This document shows positions 10,237 through 21,674 of a stretch of DNA of 64,000 nt, piece after piece. Numbering within the stretch: the first letter of the stretch is position 1; the number at the start of each line of letters is the position of its first letter. Origin of the DNA: Pelagomonas calceolata (lineage: Eukaryota); the NCBI GenBank assembly GCA_918797485.1, contig CAKKNE010000001.1:5704001-5768000 (forward strand). Reading direction: 5' to 3'. Both the position numbers and the translations under genes were made by a program. Below the pieces are notes generated by a model that was given only the letters and a program-made list of their open reading frames with translations, did not search any database and was not told the origin of the DNA.

Positions 10237-11346
10237 TTACGTAACCAGCCGGCTCACGTCCTCGTAGTCGACCTTCTCCAGCACTTCCCCGCCATCCAAC
10301 TCGACCGACACGGAGAACGAGTCGACGTCGATCGCTTTTAACGTGCCCGTGCGCCCTCTACCATAGCCATTCAACACGCGCACGCGCCTCCCAGCAGTTG
10401 GGATGACGGTCTCCAAATCATCTTGATCCAGTTGCAATTCGTCGCCCGAGTCGCGCATCCGCACCACCGCCGCGAAATCGTCCACAACCCTCAAAACGTC
10501 TCCTTTCTTTCTATGATAAGCACCATCAGCAACGGTAGAATTCACACACTTGACCACGATGCCATCATGGAGCCAGTTCTCGAAGCGCTCCACCTTCGGT
10601 TTTTTGGAGAGATTTTCGCGCATGATCTCGTCGAGGGCGCTCGTCGGCTTCTTTGCTGAAGCTTTTTCCTCGTCCGGGGAGTCGCTCCGGAACGCCGCCA
10701 GTCGCTTCGGTGCTACTGTCGGAGGCTTCTCTGCTGCCGCGAGGCCGAAGGAACTGACGCCTTTACTCAAATCAACAGCGTCGGCCTGGACCTCCTTGAC
10801 ACCGCCCGCGGCCTTGACCTGGCGCTTCAGTTCGCGACGCGCCCGCTCCTCGTCGTCCATCTCGTGCTTTCGCTTTTTATCCATTGCCGCTTGTCTAGCT
10901 AAAGCAGCAGGATCCCGGTCGACCCAGGCGATGTACCAGCCCTTCTCGGTCTCATCTACCACACATTGACCGCTCTTACCCAAGTATTTTACGAAGTTGG
11001 TCAGTGTTTCCCACTTCGTGGCGTTCATGTGCACGTGGTGCTTGTCGGCGATGTACTCCTGGTAGGCGACGTTCGCGTAGACGCGCTTCGTGCCGTGTCT
11101 CCTGCTCAAAGAGTCGAGGAAGTTCTTCTCGAACTCTGAACTATAACCATGCATGACGGCGCCCGGATTTTCGGCGAAGATGCGCATCTGCCGCAGATGG
11201 GAATCGCTCGTCTGGTGGCACTTAAACCCATTCTCGTCGCGGCACTGCTTCTGGCACATCTCGCAGTACCATCTTAACTTCTGCAAACCTTTGGCCTTGA
11301 TGCGGTTCGAGATCGCTTTCGGGGAGAAGAAGTCGTGCTTGGGCAT
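10237..11346 (-). CDS. KIN17: DNA/RNA-binding protein KIN17
   Basis: IKAKGLQKLRWYCEMCQKQCRDENGFKCH, HVHMNATKW and C-terminal KOW domains (LETVIP). Confidence 0.97.
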   Translation of the reverse strand: MPKHDFFSPKAISNRIKAKGLQKLRWYCEMCQKQCRDENGFKCHQTSDSHLRQMRIFAENPGAVMHGYSSEFEKNFLDSLSRRHGTKRVYANVAYQEYIADKHHVHMNATKWETLTNFVKYLGKSGQCVVDETEKGWYIAWVDRDPAALARQAAMDKKRKHEMDDEERARRELKRQVKAAGGVKEVQADAVDLSKGVSSFGLAAAEKPPTVAPKRLAAFRSDSPDEEKASAKKPTSALDEIMRENLSKKPKVERFENWLHDGIVVKCVNSTVADGAYHRKKGDVLRVVDDFAAVVRMRDSGDELQLDQDDLETVIPTAGRRVRVLNGYGRGRTGTLKAIDVDSFSVSVELDGGEVLEKVDYEDVSRLVT

Positions 11347-11531
11347 GTTTGTTGTTGCGGCGCGGCGGCTGGCGTGCACACCTTGCTGAGGGAGACTGTG
11401 CGGTGCGGGTGCGGCGCCTCGAGCGGGGTTCTCTGAGTTCGAGTGGTAAGTTTGTCGAGCGCTGCGGCTCTCCACAAGTCGCCACTGAGCCAGCGCCGCG
11501 GTAAAAAGCGATTTTGCGGGCGGCCGCGTGG

Positions 11532-11555
11532 GCTAGCGGCATGTAAGACACTAGC
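11532..11555. promoter_or_regulatory. Recurrent intergenic motif copy (reverse orientation)
   Basis: gctagcg-gcat-gtaagacactagc about 190 bp upstream of the KIN17 ATG. Confidence 0.55.
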
Positions 11556-11639
11556 AAGCGTACATCTCGATTATGGCCGCGGTCGGACGATAACAACGAG
11601 GCATGATAACGTAACTACAAGATTAAGGTCTAAACTAGC

Positions 11640-12209
11640 TCAGAACTTCATCTCGTGCGGCTTCATGCCCTTCGTCAGCGTGAAGAGCGCGCCCAGGTAC
11701 GCCTTCAGCATGGGCGTCTTCTCGATCACTTTCAATAACTTGTCGTCGATCGCTTTCTGGTCCTTCTTGCGCTCGTCGCTCGTCTCGACCGGCGGCGCCG
11801 GCTTGTCCGCGCTGAAGAAGTTGTCGTCCTTCTCGCCGATGTTCGCCTTCTCCCGCGCGAAGTAGGCGTCGTTTAATTTGGCCGGGATGGGTACGCTCGA
11901 CAGGTCGACCGTCGTCGACGTCGCGATGACGTACGCCGCGTTGACGCGCTTGATCGGCACGCCGTTGACGGCGAACGGGCCCGTCACGAGCAACAAACCA
12001 GACTCGAGCGCCTTGAGGAGAACGACGCGCTTGCCGCGAAATCGGCCCGCGAGCAGGATCAGTACGGCACCGGGCTTCAGCGATTCCCGCAGCTTCTGCG
12101 GGTTCTGCTTGTGCGCGGGGCCCTTCGACGCCTTGACGTCGTAGGCCGGGTAGGACCGCGGGGTCCTGGCCTCGCCCTTTGCTCGGCCGCCTTTCTTTGC
12201 TGGTGCCAT
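11640..12209 (-). CDS. RPL6: 60S ribosomal protein L6 (eL6)
   Basis: PGAVLILLAGRFRGKRVV, LLLVTGPFAVNGVP, YVIATST and a C-terminal PHEMKF. Confidence 0.97.
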   Translation of the reverse strand: MAPAKKGGRAKGEARTPRSYPAYDVKASKGPAHKQNPQKLRESLKPGAVLILLAGRFRGKRVVLLKALESGLLLVTGPFAVNGVPIKRVNAAYVIATSTTVDLSSVPIPAKLNDAYFAREKANIGEKDDNFFSADKPAPPVETSDERKKDQKAIDDKLLKVIEKTPMLKAYLGALFTLTKGMKPHEMKF

Positions 12210-12695
12210 GGTTTTATGTCGCGTGCCTGCGCGTGGGGGGGCGGGGTCACTGCTCTGTTCGTGTGGTCGGCGGCGCGTGCTCGACCGTCTTCGGCTACGG
12301 AGCCCACACGCCCGTCCGAGCGACTTAGCCAGGGCACCGCTGCGACTGGAGTCGTCCAGCGCCCGGCTTTTAGCCCGCCGCGGGAGCTAGCGCGTCCGCG
12401 CGCGCCGCAGGCAGCAGTGCAGGCTCAACCGGTCTAGCTCGCTCGCTAGCCGTCGCGGCCGCTGCTCGCTCGTCTCGGCGGTCGACAGCTGTCGTCTGGT
12501 AACGCTGTGAAGGGAGTTGTCTCGGTGGCACCGTATCACACGTCTTATAGCACGCTTACTGCCTGAATCGCCGGGACCGCGAGCATGAAAGTCTAGTGGA
12601 CCTAAAGAGCTTTTGATCTCTCCTCCTATGGCCAGGACCCCGTGCGGCACGAGTCTGGAGACCCTTGGGCCCTCGAGGTTGCATTTCGCGTGCTT

Positions 12696-12718
12696 GCTAG
12701 TGTCTTACTGGACGCTAG
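12696..12718. promoter_or_regulatory. Recurrent intergenic motif copy
   Basis: gctagtgtcttac-tgga-cgctag between the divergent RPL6 and V-ATPase A genes. Confidence 0.55.
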
Positions 12719-12992
12719 GCTCGACCACAAAATCGCCTCGCAAAAAGGACTGCGTTATCGCAGCCGAGAGCAAGCGCCGCGGCTTGTAGAAGCACTTGAC
12801 GCCAGCGCAAAGCGGCTGACAGCTTCCGACCGCATCCGCCCTAGCAGCGGCAGAGTTAGCTCAAGTCACCACAAAATAATAAGTCAGCGCAGACGCCGCC
12901 GCGGCGACCGCGCAGCTCGGTCCGTTCACACCGCGAAAGGAATCAAACCACAAAAATAAACGCAGAGAATCCCTGCACAAAAACGCGAAACC

Positions 12993-15001
12993 ATGACGGA
13001 CTGGCTCGACGAAAAAGAGTCGGACTACGGCTACATCCATAGGGTCAGCGGCCCGCTCGTCATCGCGGAGAACATGTCCGGCGCGGCCATGTACGAGTTG
13101 GTGAGGGTCGGGTATTTGAAGCTTGTCGGTGAAATTATCAAGCTCGAGGGGGACACGGCGTCCCTACAGGTGTACGAGGACACGTCTGGCTTGTGCGTCG
13201 GCGATCCTGTTTTACGTACAAGAAAACCCCTATCAGTCGGCCTCGGCCCGGGCATCATGGGCGAGATCTTCGACGGGATCCAGAGACCCCTGGAGACGAT
13301 CGGCAAGAAGACCGGAGATGTATTCATCCCGCGAGGCGTCGATGTGGCACCCTTGGACGAGCATCGCAAGTGGGAGTTCACGCCGAACAAAGCCATTACG
13401 GAAGGTTCCCTCGTGACGGGTGGGGACATCTTCGGTTCAGTGTATGAAAATGAGTTAGTAACACAACATAAAATTATGGTCCCCCCGAACGTGTATGGGA
13501 AGGTCGTCAAGGTCTATGGCGACGCCGCGGATGGCAAGGACCAGTACTCCATAACAGATACTGTATTAGAAGTCTACAACGAGCAAACTAGAAAAACCCA
13601 CGAGTTGAAACTAGCCCATTACTGGCCCGTGCGACGCGCCCGACCCATCGTCCAGAAGATGCCTGGTAATCATGCCCTCACGACCGGTCTACGAGTGGTA
13701 GATGCGATCTTCCCGTCGGTGTTGGGTGGTACTTGTGCCGTACCTGGCGCGTTCGGCTGCGGCAAGACCGTTATTTCACAAAGTATCTCCAAGTTCTCGA
13801 ACAGCGACGCGGTCATCTACGTCGGGTGCGGGGAACGAGGCAACGAGATGGCCGAGGTGTTGTGCGACTTTCCTGAACTCACTACCACTATAGACGGGAA
13901 GGAGGTCGGCATCATGAAAAGAACGGCCCTCGTAGCAAACACGTCGAACATGCCCGTCGCCGCGCGCGAAGCGTCGATCTACACGGGTATTACATTAGCC
14001 GAGTACTTCCGAGACATGGGCATGAACGTCTCGATGATGGCCGATTCGACGTCGCGCTGGGCCGAGGCGCTCCGCGAGATTTCCGGGCGGCTGGGCGAGA
14101 TGCCCGCCGATAGCGGTTATCCTGCTTATTTGGGCGCGCGCCTGGCGGCCTTCTACGAGCGCGCGGGGCGGGCGGAGTGTCTCGGGTCGCCGACGCGCGA
14201 AGGCACGGTGACGGTCATCGGGGCCGTGTCGCCGCCGGGCGGCGACTTTAGTGATCCCGTGACGGCGGCGACGCTATCCATCGTCCAGGTCTTCTGGGGG
14301 CTGGACAAGAAGTGGGTCCGCGGCGTCCTTTCTTCATGTCTTCTCGGCGGCGTCGCTGCGCCTGCTCGATGGCGTGTTGTCCACCCTCACGCCATCGCCG
14401 CGACGCGCTATCGACGCGACCCGCCATGCACGCGCTATCGCCGCGACCCTTTATCAAACGCAGGCTCGCGCAGCGCAAGCACTTCCCGTCGCTCAACTGG
14501 CTCATCTCCTACACGAAGTACATGAGAGTGTTAGAACCGTTCTTCAACGACTTCGACCCGTCCTACTCCGCTACACGCAATAAAGCGAGAGACGTCCTCC
14601 AGCAGGAGGACGCGCTGACGGAGATCGTGCAGCTCGTCGGCAAAGAGTCGCTGTCCGAAGACCAGAAGGTCGTCATGGAGGTCGCCAAGATCATCAGAGA
14701 AGATTTCTTGCAACAGAACGCCTTCACGGACTACGATTTCACGTGTCCGCTCGTCAAGAGCGTCGGGATGCTCAAGTGCATCATGGCCTTCTACGACCAC
14801 TGCCAGAAGGCCATCGCGGATAGTCCGGCCGAGGCGAAGGTGACCTGGGCCACCATAAAAGTCGCACAAGCAGGTATTATACAGAAGGTCGTCGACACGA
14901 AATTCGTCGAGCCCAAAGAGTCGGAGGAGAAGATCAAGGCGCACTACGACGAGTTGGTTGCCGAGATCGAGTCGTCGTTTGCGGCGATGCTGGACGTCTG
15001 A
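12993..15001 (+). CDS. ATP6V1A: V-type H+-ATPase catalytic subunit A (intron 14312-14463)
   Basis: GAFGCGKT P-loop, GCGERGNEM and [22 protein letters not shown] intron restores [13 protein letters not shown]. Confidence 0.98.
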
Positions 15002-17195
15002 GTTGATGAGGGGGGCCTATAAGTGTGGATAGATATCTTCGCGGTCCACGTCTTTTCGTAATGGCAGGCTTCTTCCGTCTCAGCAGTAGAAGCGCCTCGG
15101 CGACGCCCTCCCGAGAAGTGAGGCATCTTCGGACGCTCGCGCTTAGCGTGTTCGACCGACTCTAGAGTTTCATGCACTCACACACAGCTTAAAGTTTACA
15201 GCCGTCCTGTGCCTCGCCAGCGCCAGTACGGCGGCCGGCCCTTGCGTCGGCGCGAGAGGCGCGGGCGCCGGGCGCGGCGTCGTAGCCGACGACGGCGGCG
15301 GCCGCAGCTCGTCCTGGGGCGGCACAACGTCCGCCAATGCCGCGGCGGGCGCGGCCGCGTCCGTAGAAGGCGCCTCGCGCACGATCTTCGGCTCGCTGCG
15401 CCGTGACGCGCCACCCGCGCTAATTTTCATCATTAGCGCGTGGGAGGCGGGCACGGCGGCTCACTGAAGAGGTCTAGGGGAGAAGCCGACGACCTGCGCA
15501 GGGACGGTCTCAATTATGACTGATTCGGGCACGCGCGTCCTCTCGACGCCCTTCCGCTGCACGCGGCGCTCACGTCCTTCTCTCTCGCAGAGCTCCTGGG
15601 GCGCGACGAGGCGCTCATCGTCCTCAGCTCGCCGCGGGTCCTTCGCGAGGGCGCGGGAACGAAGCCGCGTCGACCACATCAAGTCGAGATTGAAGGCGTC
15701 CACTCTTGCTAAAAAGGACACGGCGTGTCACGGCTTCACTCTCAAAAGCGGCTTCTAGGCCGCTTAAAGTTGCGGGCGCAGCTCGACGCGCCTTCTACGC
15801 GGCGTCGCTGAACGTGCGTCGCGGGCGAGCTGGTCGCCCGGCTCGTCGCGGCGGTCGTGCGGCCGTGCAGTCGTGCGGTCGTGCGGTCGGCCGATGGACC
15901 TGCGTTGGCGCCGTCTCGACGGGCCCGCGTTCGCGGCCGAAGCTCTCACTACAACTCGATCGCGGCCGATGCGCTCCGCTGCGGCCGGCGGCGGCCTCGA
16001 CAGCCCGGCGCTGCCAGGGGCGCTGTTTTTGAATCGATGCGATAGCGCGAAGGCCAGGCTGGCGCGCTCGAGCTAAAGGCTGCATTGCGCAGCGCTGTCG
16101 AGCTCGCCAAGCTGCCAGCGCCGGCGTATGCTATTGAAATCTTCCCTACGCTGGGTCGCACCGGTTCTGCAGCACGAATGTGGCCACAGGCACACCTCGC
16201 AGCGGCAGAGATCAAATCGTGAAGCTCTCAAATTTTTTTTTGTTTTTTTTTGCCTCAAATCCAGCGTGCGCTCTCGGATACGTCTCCGGAGCGCAGACGC
16301 ACGCCTGGGGCGGCCCTGGCCTGGCTGGTTGGCATTTGGCCCACCATCGGTGCCGCGCCGCGGCGCGCGCGCAGTTTCGCGCGCGGCGCGGACGGCAGGC
16401 TTGATTTCTCATTGCAGTGCACTGCTGCGCGCGCTGGCTTCACGCACAAATGCGTGCGCACAGCGTTTGCAAACAGACTTTGCGAGAGCCTCGGATGTAT
16501 AGACCTGCGCGAGCGCTGATTTCGGCCCTCTCGCAAACTCCTCGCGCGTCGCTAGGGACGCTGTCGCCTCGCCCTAAAACGTTGGGACGGCTAAAGGACG
16601 CTTGCGCGAGTTAGCGTTAAAACGGGTTTTACCCAGCCAGCTTCACGCGCGTGCTGAGCCGCAAAGACCAGCCTCTGAGCGGTGCAATTGCTGTTGAGAC
16701 ATGCCTCGCACCCCTTGCGAAGTTTCAACAAGCTTGGATCGCATCGCCGGCGCCGCGGGGCCGCATGCAGCCGCCTTGACGGCTGGCTCTGCAGCAGGGG
16801 CAGGAGCCGACGCGCGCGCTCGCCGGCGGCACGCAGCCGCCTTAGCGGTGCGCCGCGGAACTTGTGAACCCGGGGAACCGGTCGCGGCGGTCGTAACTCG
16901 ATGAAAATTTCAGCGCGGCGGGATGGTGATCACGCGAGGCGTGCTGGACTCGCCCAGCCGCCAGACGTACATCATCGACCGCGCCGGTGCCCGCTCGTGG
17001 TCGGCGTAACGGCGGTTGCCTTCCGGTCGTAGTTCAACGGTTGTCAGTTGCTACGGGCCTCGCCGCGAGAGGTGCGGCGTTTGCGAGACCTGGAGGCGGT
17101 CCAAACGCGGTGTGGCGAAGCCCGGATCTGGCGATAGGAGACCGGCCTCGGGGCAGCGTTGACGCCCGACGTCCGCGTCGAGGGCGATTTTGAGG

Positions 17196-17360
17196 AGGAC
17201 GCCCGCAGCCACGCCCGACGATATCCGCGAGGCCTTGACGATGCTCGAGGAAACGGCACGGATCGCGCGGCGCGTCTTCGGTACAGCGCACCCGACCACG
17301 ATAGGAATTGAGCACGACCTGCGAGTCTTCCGAGCAAATGCGCCGCCGCCGCGCGCGTAA
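17196..17360 (+). pseudogene. Orphan C-terminal fragment of the zf-MYND/RINGv/TPR-like family
   Basis: Translates ATPDDIREALTMLEETARIARRVFGTAHPTT, matching the C-termini of the genes at 54079 and 61948 (RRVLGPAHPET). In-frame stop at 17160 and no 5' part. Confidence 0.65.
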
Positions 17361-17471
17361 GAGGAAGACTCAGCGGAGCGCGCCCAGCGAGACGCCGTCG
17401 ACGCGTGTAAGAGGAAGGAGACTCAGCTTTTAGTCCAGGGGGGGAAAGGGAAATCACACAAATCACCAGAA

Positions 17472-18359
17472 CTAGACGCCCTGCTTGTACTCCTCGAGCT
17501 TCGCGACCTTGCCCGACGAGAGGAACTCGTCGATCTTGTCCGCGGAAGATTTCCCGATGCCCGCGAGCTTCTTCGCCTCCTTGCCGGACGTGATCTGCGC
17601 CGTGTGCGCCGCGAGCGCGGCCGACACCTTCTTGTAGGCCGTCCCCTTGATGTTGTCGCCCTTTTTATATTCAAAGGAGCTCAGTTCCTTGAAGACGCCA
17701 GCTAAGGGTGCGTTCTCGGCGACGACGCACTCGATCGTCTCCTTGAGGCCCCACTTCGCCGCCATGCCTCTCAGGACATTTCCGACATCTAACACGCCAT
17801 CAACTAAACACTCGCGGCAGACGGGCCCGCACTGCTGGCGCGCGCTGTCGGCGTCGGGCACGTTGTAGCCCATGCCCCGCAACCGCTCCGAGAGTTCTTC
17901 GGCGATGTCTCGCAACTGACCCATCTCGACGCCCTCGCGCTTCTCGTCGGGAATTTCAATGGTCTTCTTGGCCTTCTTCGGCGACGGCTGCGTCGCGTCA
18001 CCGTCACTCGACGGCTCCTTCTTCTTCTTGGGCTTGGGCGCGGGCTTGGGCGGCCAGTCGACGTCTTCGTCGTGGTAGTCGCTGATCATCTTCTCCACAG
18101 CACCCTTGTCGTCGTCCTTCAGCTCGTCGAAGCCCGCGAGATCAGCTGAAGATTCGACGATGGCCGAACCCTTGCGCATGCGCTTCATCATCTGGAAGAA
18201 GGGCACCGGCAGGTACCACGCCGCCATGCTAATCGTCTTGTCGCCGTGCTCGCGCTCCGTCACCTTGGCGAGGCGGAGCGCCCCTTTGGGGATGAGCTCC
18301 TTGGTGCCCTTGCAGGTACTTCTTCCGCTCTTGGCGTACTCGACGGCGAAGGTGGCCAT
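17472..18359 (-). CDS. PARP-type zinc-finger-like domain plus DNA polymerase beta 8-kDa (HhH) domain protein
   Basis: N-terminal VEYAKSGRSTCK...IPKGALRLA. C-terminal AYKKVS...ITSGKEAKKLAGIGKSSADKIDEFLSSGKVAKLE closely resembles the Pol beta N-terminus. Confidence 0.85.
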   Translation of the reverse strand: MATFAVEYAKSGRSTCKGTKELIPKGALRLAKVTEREHGDKTISMAAWYLPVPFFQMMKRMRKGSAIVESSADLAGFDELKDDDKGAVEKMISDYHDEDVDWPPKPAPKPKKKKEPSSDGDATQPSPKKAKKTIEIPDEKREGVEMGQLRDIAEELSERLRGMGYNVPDADSARQQCGPVCRECLVDGVLDVGNVLRGMAAKWGLKETIECVVAENAPLAGVFKELSSFEYKKGDNIKGTAYKKVSAALAAHTAQITSGKEAKKLAGIGKSSADKIDEFLSSGKVAKLEEYKQGV

Positions 18360-18918
18360 TTTCTTTTTTGTTTTGTTTTTGTCGTGCCTCCTGCGCGCGG
18401 CGCGTCGTGAGTGGCGCTTTGTTTGTCTTCTGGGCGCGCGCGGCGACGTCGCGCAGCGGTGCGAGCGCGCTGCCGAAAGCCTGTAATGTGTGTGTGCGCG
18501 CGACGCCGCTGCCGAGTTGGCAGGTGGCTGGGTCAATCAAACTTTGAGCCTACCGCGACGATACCAGTCGCCGCGCTTGCGGGTGGCCGTTGTGATCGAT
18601 GAGAGCTCTTCTGACAAGGAGTGGCGAGTCGTGTGAGGGCGCTGGTGCGGACCTGTGGCTGTCCAAATGCCAGAGGCGCGAGAGGACGGTCTCGATCAGC
18701 GCGGCTCCTAGAAAATGTCAGGCACGCCTCCCACGGCCGCCCTAGGCGTACAAGGAAGTCCCTGGACGCGCCAGAAGGCCGCCGCCGCAACCCGCACGCG
18801 GCCGCGATGCGATTGTCATCGACCTGTTTCGGCTCCCATACAGGGCATCTGCTGCCGCTATAACTCAGGCACGCGCGGCAGCGATCCTCGCAACGGTAAG
18901 AAACGAAGGGCTGCCCCC

Positions 18919-19749
18919 ATGAACGGTGAAGAGGCCGCACCAGAGGCTACTGGATGGTGGGCGCGAGCCAAAGCCCGGTGGTCCTACAGCGAGGCCGCTT
19001 CGGAAGAAACGCCGGTGGAGAAGACGCCGCATGATCTATTGAAGGAACTGTCGGACTTGGCACCGGCCGAGGCGGCCAGAACATTGAAACGGCGCGGCGA
19101 CAACAAAAGGCGCTCGAGGGCATATAGGGAAGCGCGGGCCTGCTACGAGGCCGCCTATGCTGCCGCAGAAACGGACGACAGCGCCGAGGCGGCCTACGAG
19201 CTGTCTTTGCTCCACGCGCATGGGCGAGGCACGCCCGTGGACAAAAACGCGTCGCGGACGTGGCTAAGGACCGCGGCGGACCTGGGAGCGGTCCGCGCGA
19301 TGATGTTCGTGGCGCAGATGTCGACGTTCGGCGGGGGCGGCTTCGAGAAGGACGAGCACGTGGCCTTCGAGTACGTCCGAAGAGCGGCCGAGAAGGACTG
19401 CGTCCAGGCGGTGCAGCAGCTCGGTGTTCGATTGCTGTACGGCGTCGGGTGCGAGCGAGATTTACAGAGAGCGGTCGATGAATTGGAAAGAGCTGTCGAG
19501 CTGGGTAGTGTCGATAGTAAGGAGGACCTCGCGAAGGCGAGGAAAAAACTGCGACAATCGAAAAGCTGCTTCCGGAAGCTCCGGAAGTGCTGCGCGAAGT
19601 GCTGCGGTTGTAGGGGAGTCTGGTCCAAAAAACTGAAGAAGCAGGACTCGGCTTTACGGGTGAAGGCGATGCCGTCGGATTCTGTGAGGAAAGCTTTTTC
19701 ACCGGTCTCCGCCGAGGCGCGGCAACAGACCGTGCGGCCGCGGCGCTAG
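18919..19749 (+). CDS. Sel1-like repeat protein
   Basis: AAYELSLLHAHGRGTPVD...WLRTAADLG and LGVRLLYGVGCERDLQRA. Confidence 0.8.
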   Translation: MNGEEAAPEATGWWARAKARWSYSEAASEETPVEKTPHDLLKELSDLAPAEAARTLKRRGDNKRRSRAYREARACYEAAYAAAETDDSAEAAYELSLLHAHGRGTPVDKNASRTWLRTAADLGAVRAMMFVAQMSTFGGGGFEKDEHVAFEYVRRAAEKDCVQAVQQLGVRLLYGVGCERDLQRAVDELERAVELGSVDSKEDLAKARKKLRQSKSCFRKLRKCCAKCCGCRGVWSKKLKKQDSALRVKAMPSDSVRKAFSPVSAEARQQTVRPRR

Positions 19750-19768
19750 TAGTAATCATGTTTTAGTT

Positions 19769-21674
19769 TTATGCGTCCGAGTCGAAGCCGCCTGATCCAT
19801 GGAGTTGAAAATCCTTGCTCTCTAATAAGGAAGACGACGCGTCGTCGGCCTTGGACTCGTCCGCGAACGAGCTTCCGCCCATCGATATCCGCGGGCTTCC
19901 CTGCGCGAAGACGTCCATGTCCGAGGCATCGTCGTCCAGCACGTCAGCTAATCGTTCCACCTCCTGCGCGTCGGTCGCCGCTGGCGCCGGCGCGGCCGCG
20001 GCGTCGTCATCCGCATCTAGAATATCCGCTATCGCATCGACCTGCTGCGCGTCGGTCTCCTCGCGGCTCCGTCGCAGCAACGAACCTTCCGCCGACGCCG
20101 ACGGCTGCTCGCTCCGGAGCCGCTCGAGGATGTCCCGCGGCGACGACGCTTCCGCGGCGTCATCGTCGTCGCCATCGTCGTCCAGCGTGTCCGCAAGTGC
20201 GTCGACTTGGGCGTCGACGCTCGGCTCCTCGCGCGGCTCCTCGCGGCTTGGAGCGGGCGGCGCCGCCGCCGGGCGGCTGCCAAGGGCCGACCCGTCCGCC
20301 GAGGATGCCAGCGGCGCGGATCGCGCCGGCCGGCCGCCGAGGACCGCGCCCGCCGGGAGCGACTCGCGGCTCGAGCGCAGGAGGCTGCCTTCGGCGGAGG
20401 CGTCCATCGCCGAAGGTTGCTGCTGCCGCAAGCGATTCAAAATGTCGCGCGGCGACGCGTCAGCCGGCGGATTGGGCGGCGGCGTCGGTGGCGGCGGCGG
20501 CGGCGGCTTGCGCGTCGGCGGCCGGTGCGGCGAGGCGGGCATTTTCGGCGTTGAGAACGAGGGCCCGCCGCCGCCGGGCACGCGCACGCGCTGGGAACGC
20601 GGCGAGCCGGGCTGTTTGCGCAAGCCCCTTGGCGCCTGTGTGGAAATGAAGTTTCGGGCGCCCCGATGGCGTGGAGGATCACGAAGGTCCGCAACCTAAC
20701 CACTGGTTGATTTCCACACAGCTAGTCACCTCGGGCGGCGACACGGGCACAGACTCGGCCTTGACAAGGTTTGCGGGCGGCGGCGGCGCCTCAGACATGC
20801 CCAGACGTTCCCTCATCTCAAGTACCTGCGCCTGCAACATTTCCCTCCTTCGTTGAATGCACCTCTCATCAGTCCGCATGAACTCGCGCACGGCGGACCA
20901 GGCCTTGCGCCAGCCCGCGGCGGCGGCCGCGATCTTCCGCGGCGGCCGCGTCGGCGACTTGAGCGCCTCGACGACGTCCCGGAAGGCCTTTTTCGAGTCC
21001 ACCGGGGGCGGACCAAACAATCTCGTCCGCGCCATCGACGTCTTCTGGGGGTTCGGGTAGGGCCCCGGCCGCCAGGCTGTTTCAGGCTTCCAGTTCAGCG
21101 TCTTTTCGTGCTTTGGTGCTTCTTCGACGAGCACTGCAGAACCTTTCCGGAAGGTGCCCTGCCGGTCGCGCCGTCTCCTCAAAATCGTCTGTTGCACGCG
21201 TTCCAACCGCTTTTCCACAGTCTCCCGGTGCTTCCTTTGCGCTTCCTTCCGGCGCAGGGCGGCCTCGCGCCTCTCTCTAGCGTGCTGCGACGCCAGCTTC
21301 CGGGCCCGGTCCTGCGAGTACCAGGGCATTTTGGTGGGCGCCGCTTCCTCGAACTCAAAGCTATCATCATCATACGTCTGGGGCGTCGGCGCCGCGTGTA
21401 TCACGGGTACGTGCTGCTGCCGCCGCTTGTATTCTAAAACGCGCTTGTGCGCCGCGGCCCGGGCCTTGCGGACGGCCGCCGCGTCGACGACGCGCGGCGG
21501 CGTCGGCGGGCCGCGCTGCGCTTGCGCGCGCTTTTTCGAGAGCTGGCTCGCGTCGAAGGCGCGGTTGTGTGCTCTAAGTTCCTGCTTCCCGTGCCAGGTC
21601 GTGTGGCGCCGCTGCTGCCACCGCGGTTCGACGTCCAGTGGTGCCGGTGGTTTGGGCGGGCCGAGCACGCCCAT
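19769..21674 (-). CDS. Hypothetical low-complexity protein (basic coiled coil, Pro-rich, acidic; intron 20636-20729)
   Basis: Two ORFs join in frame on removing an introner (PPE-APRGLRKQ). Internal duplication of SPRDILxRLR...SAEGSLLR. Confidence 0.7.
20636..20721 (-). mobile_element. Introner element 4 (minus-strand intron 20636-20729)
   Basis: TIRs ctgtgtggaaat...atttccacacag; degenerate TSD gtgactag/gcgccaag on the gene strand. Confidence 0.85.

Noticed and set aside
13820..13850. Intein in V-ATPase A
   Set aside because: The VMA intein site ([11 protein letters not shown]) is uninterrupted, and the only break is an ordinary GT-AG intron.
15170..15721. Short minus-strand ORFs as a gene
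   Set aside because: No recognisable motif, inconsistent frames and no convincing splice path.
17425..17445. tagtcc(a/cta)ggg motif after several genes (17430, 23375, 32241) as a terminator or Helitron end
   Set aside because: Too short and too few copies, with no consistent hairpin or shared flank.
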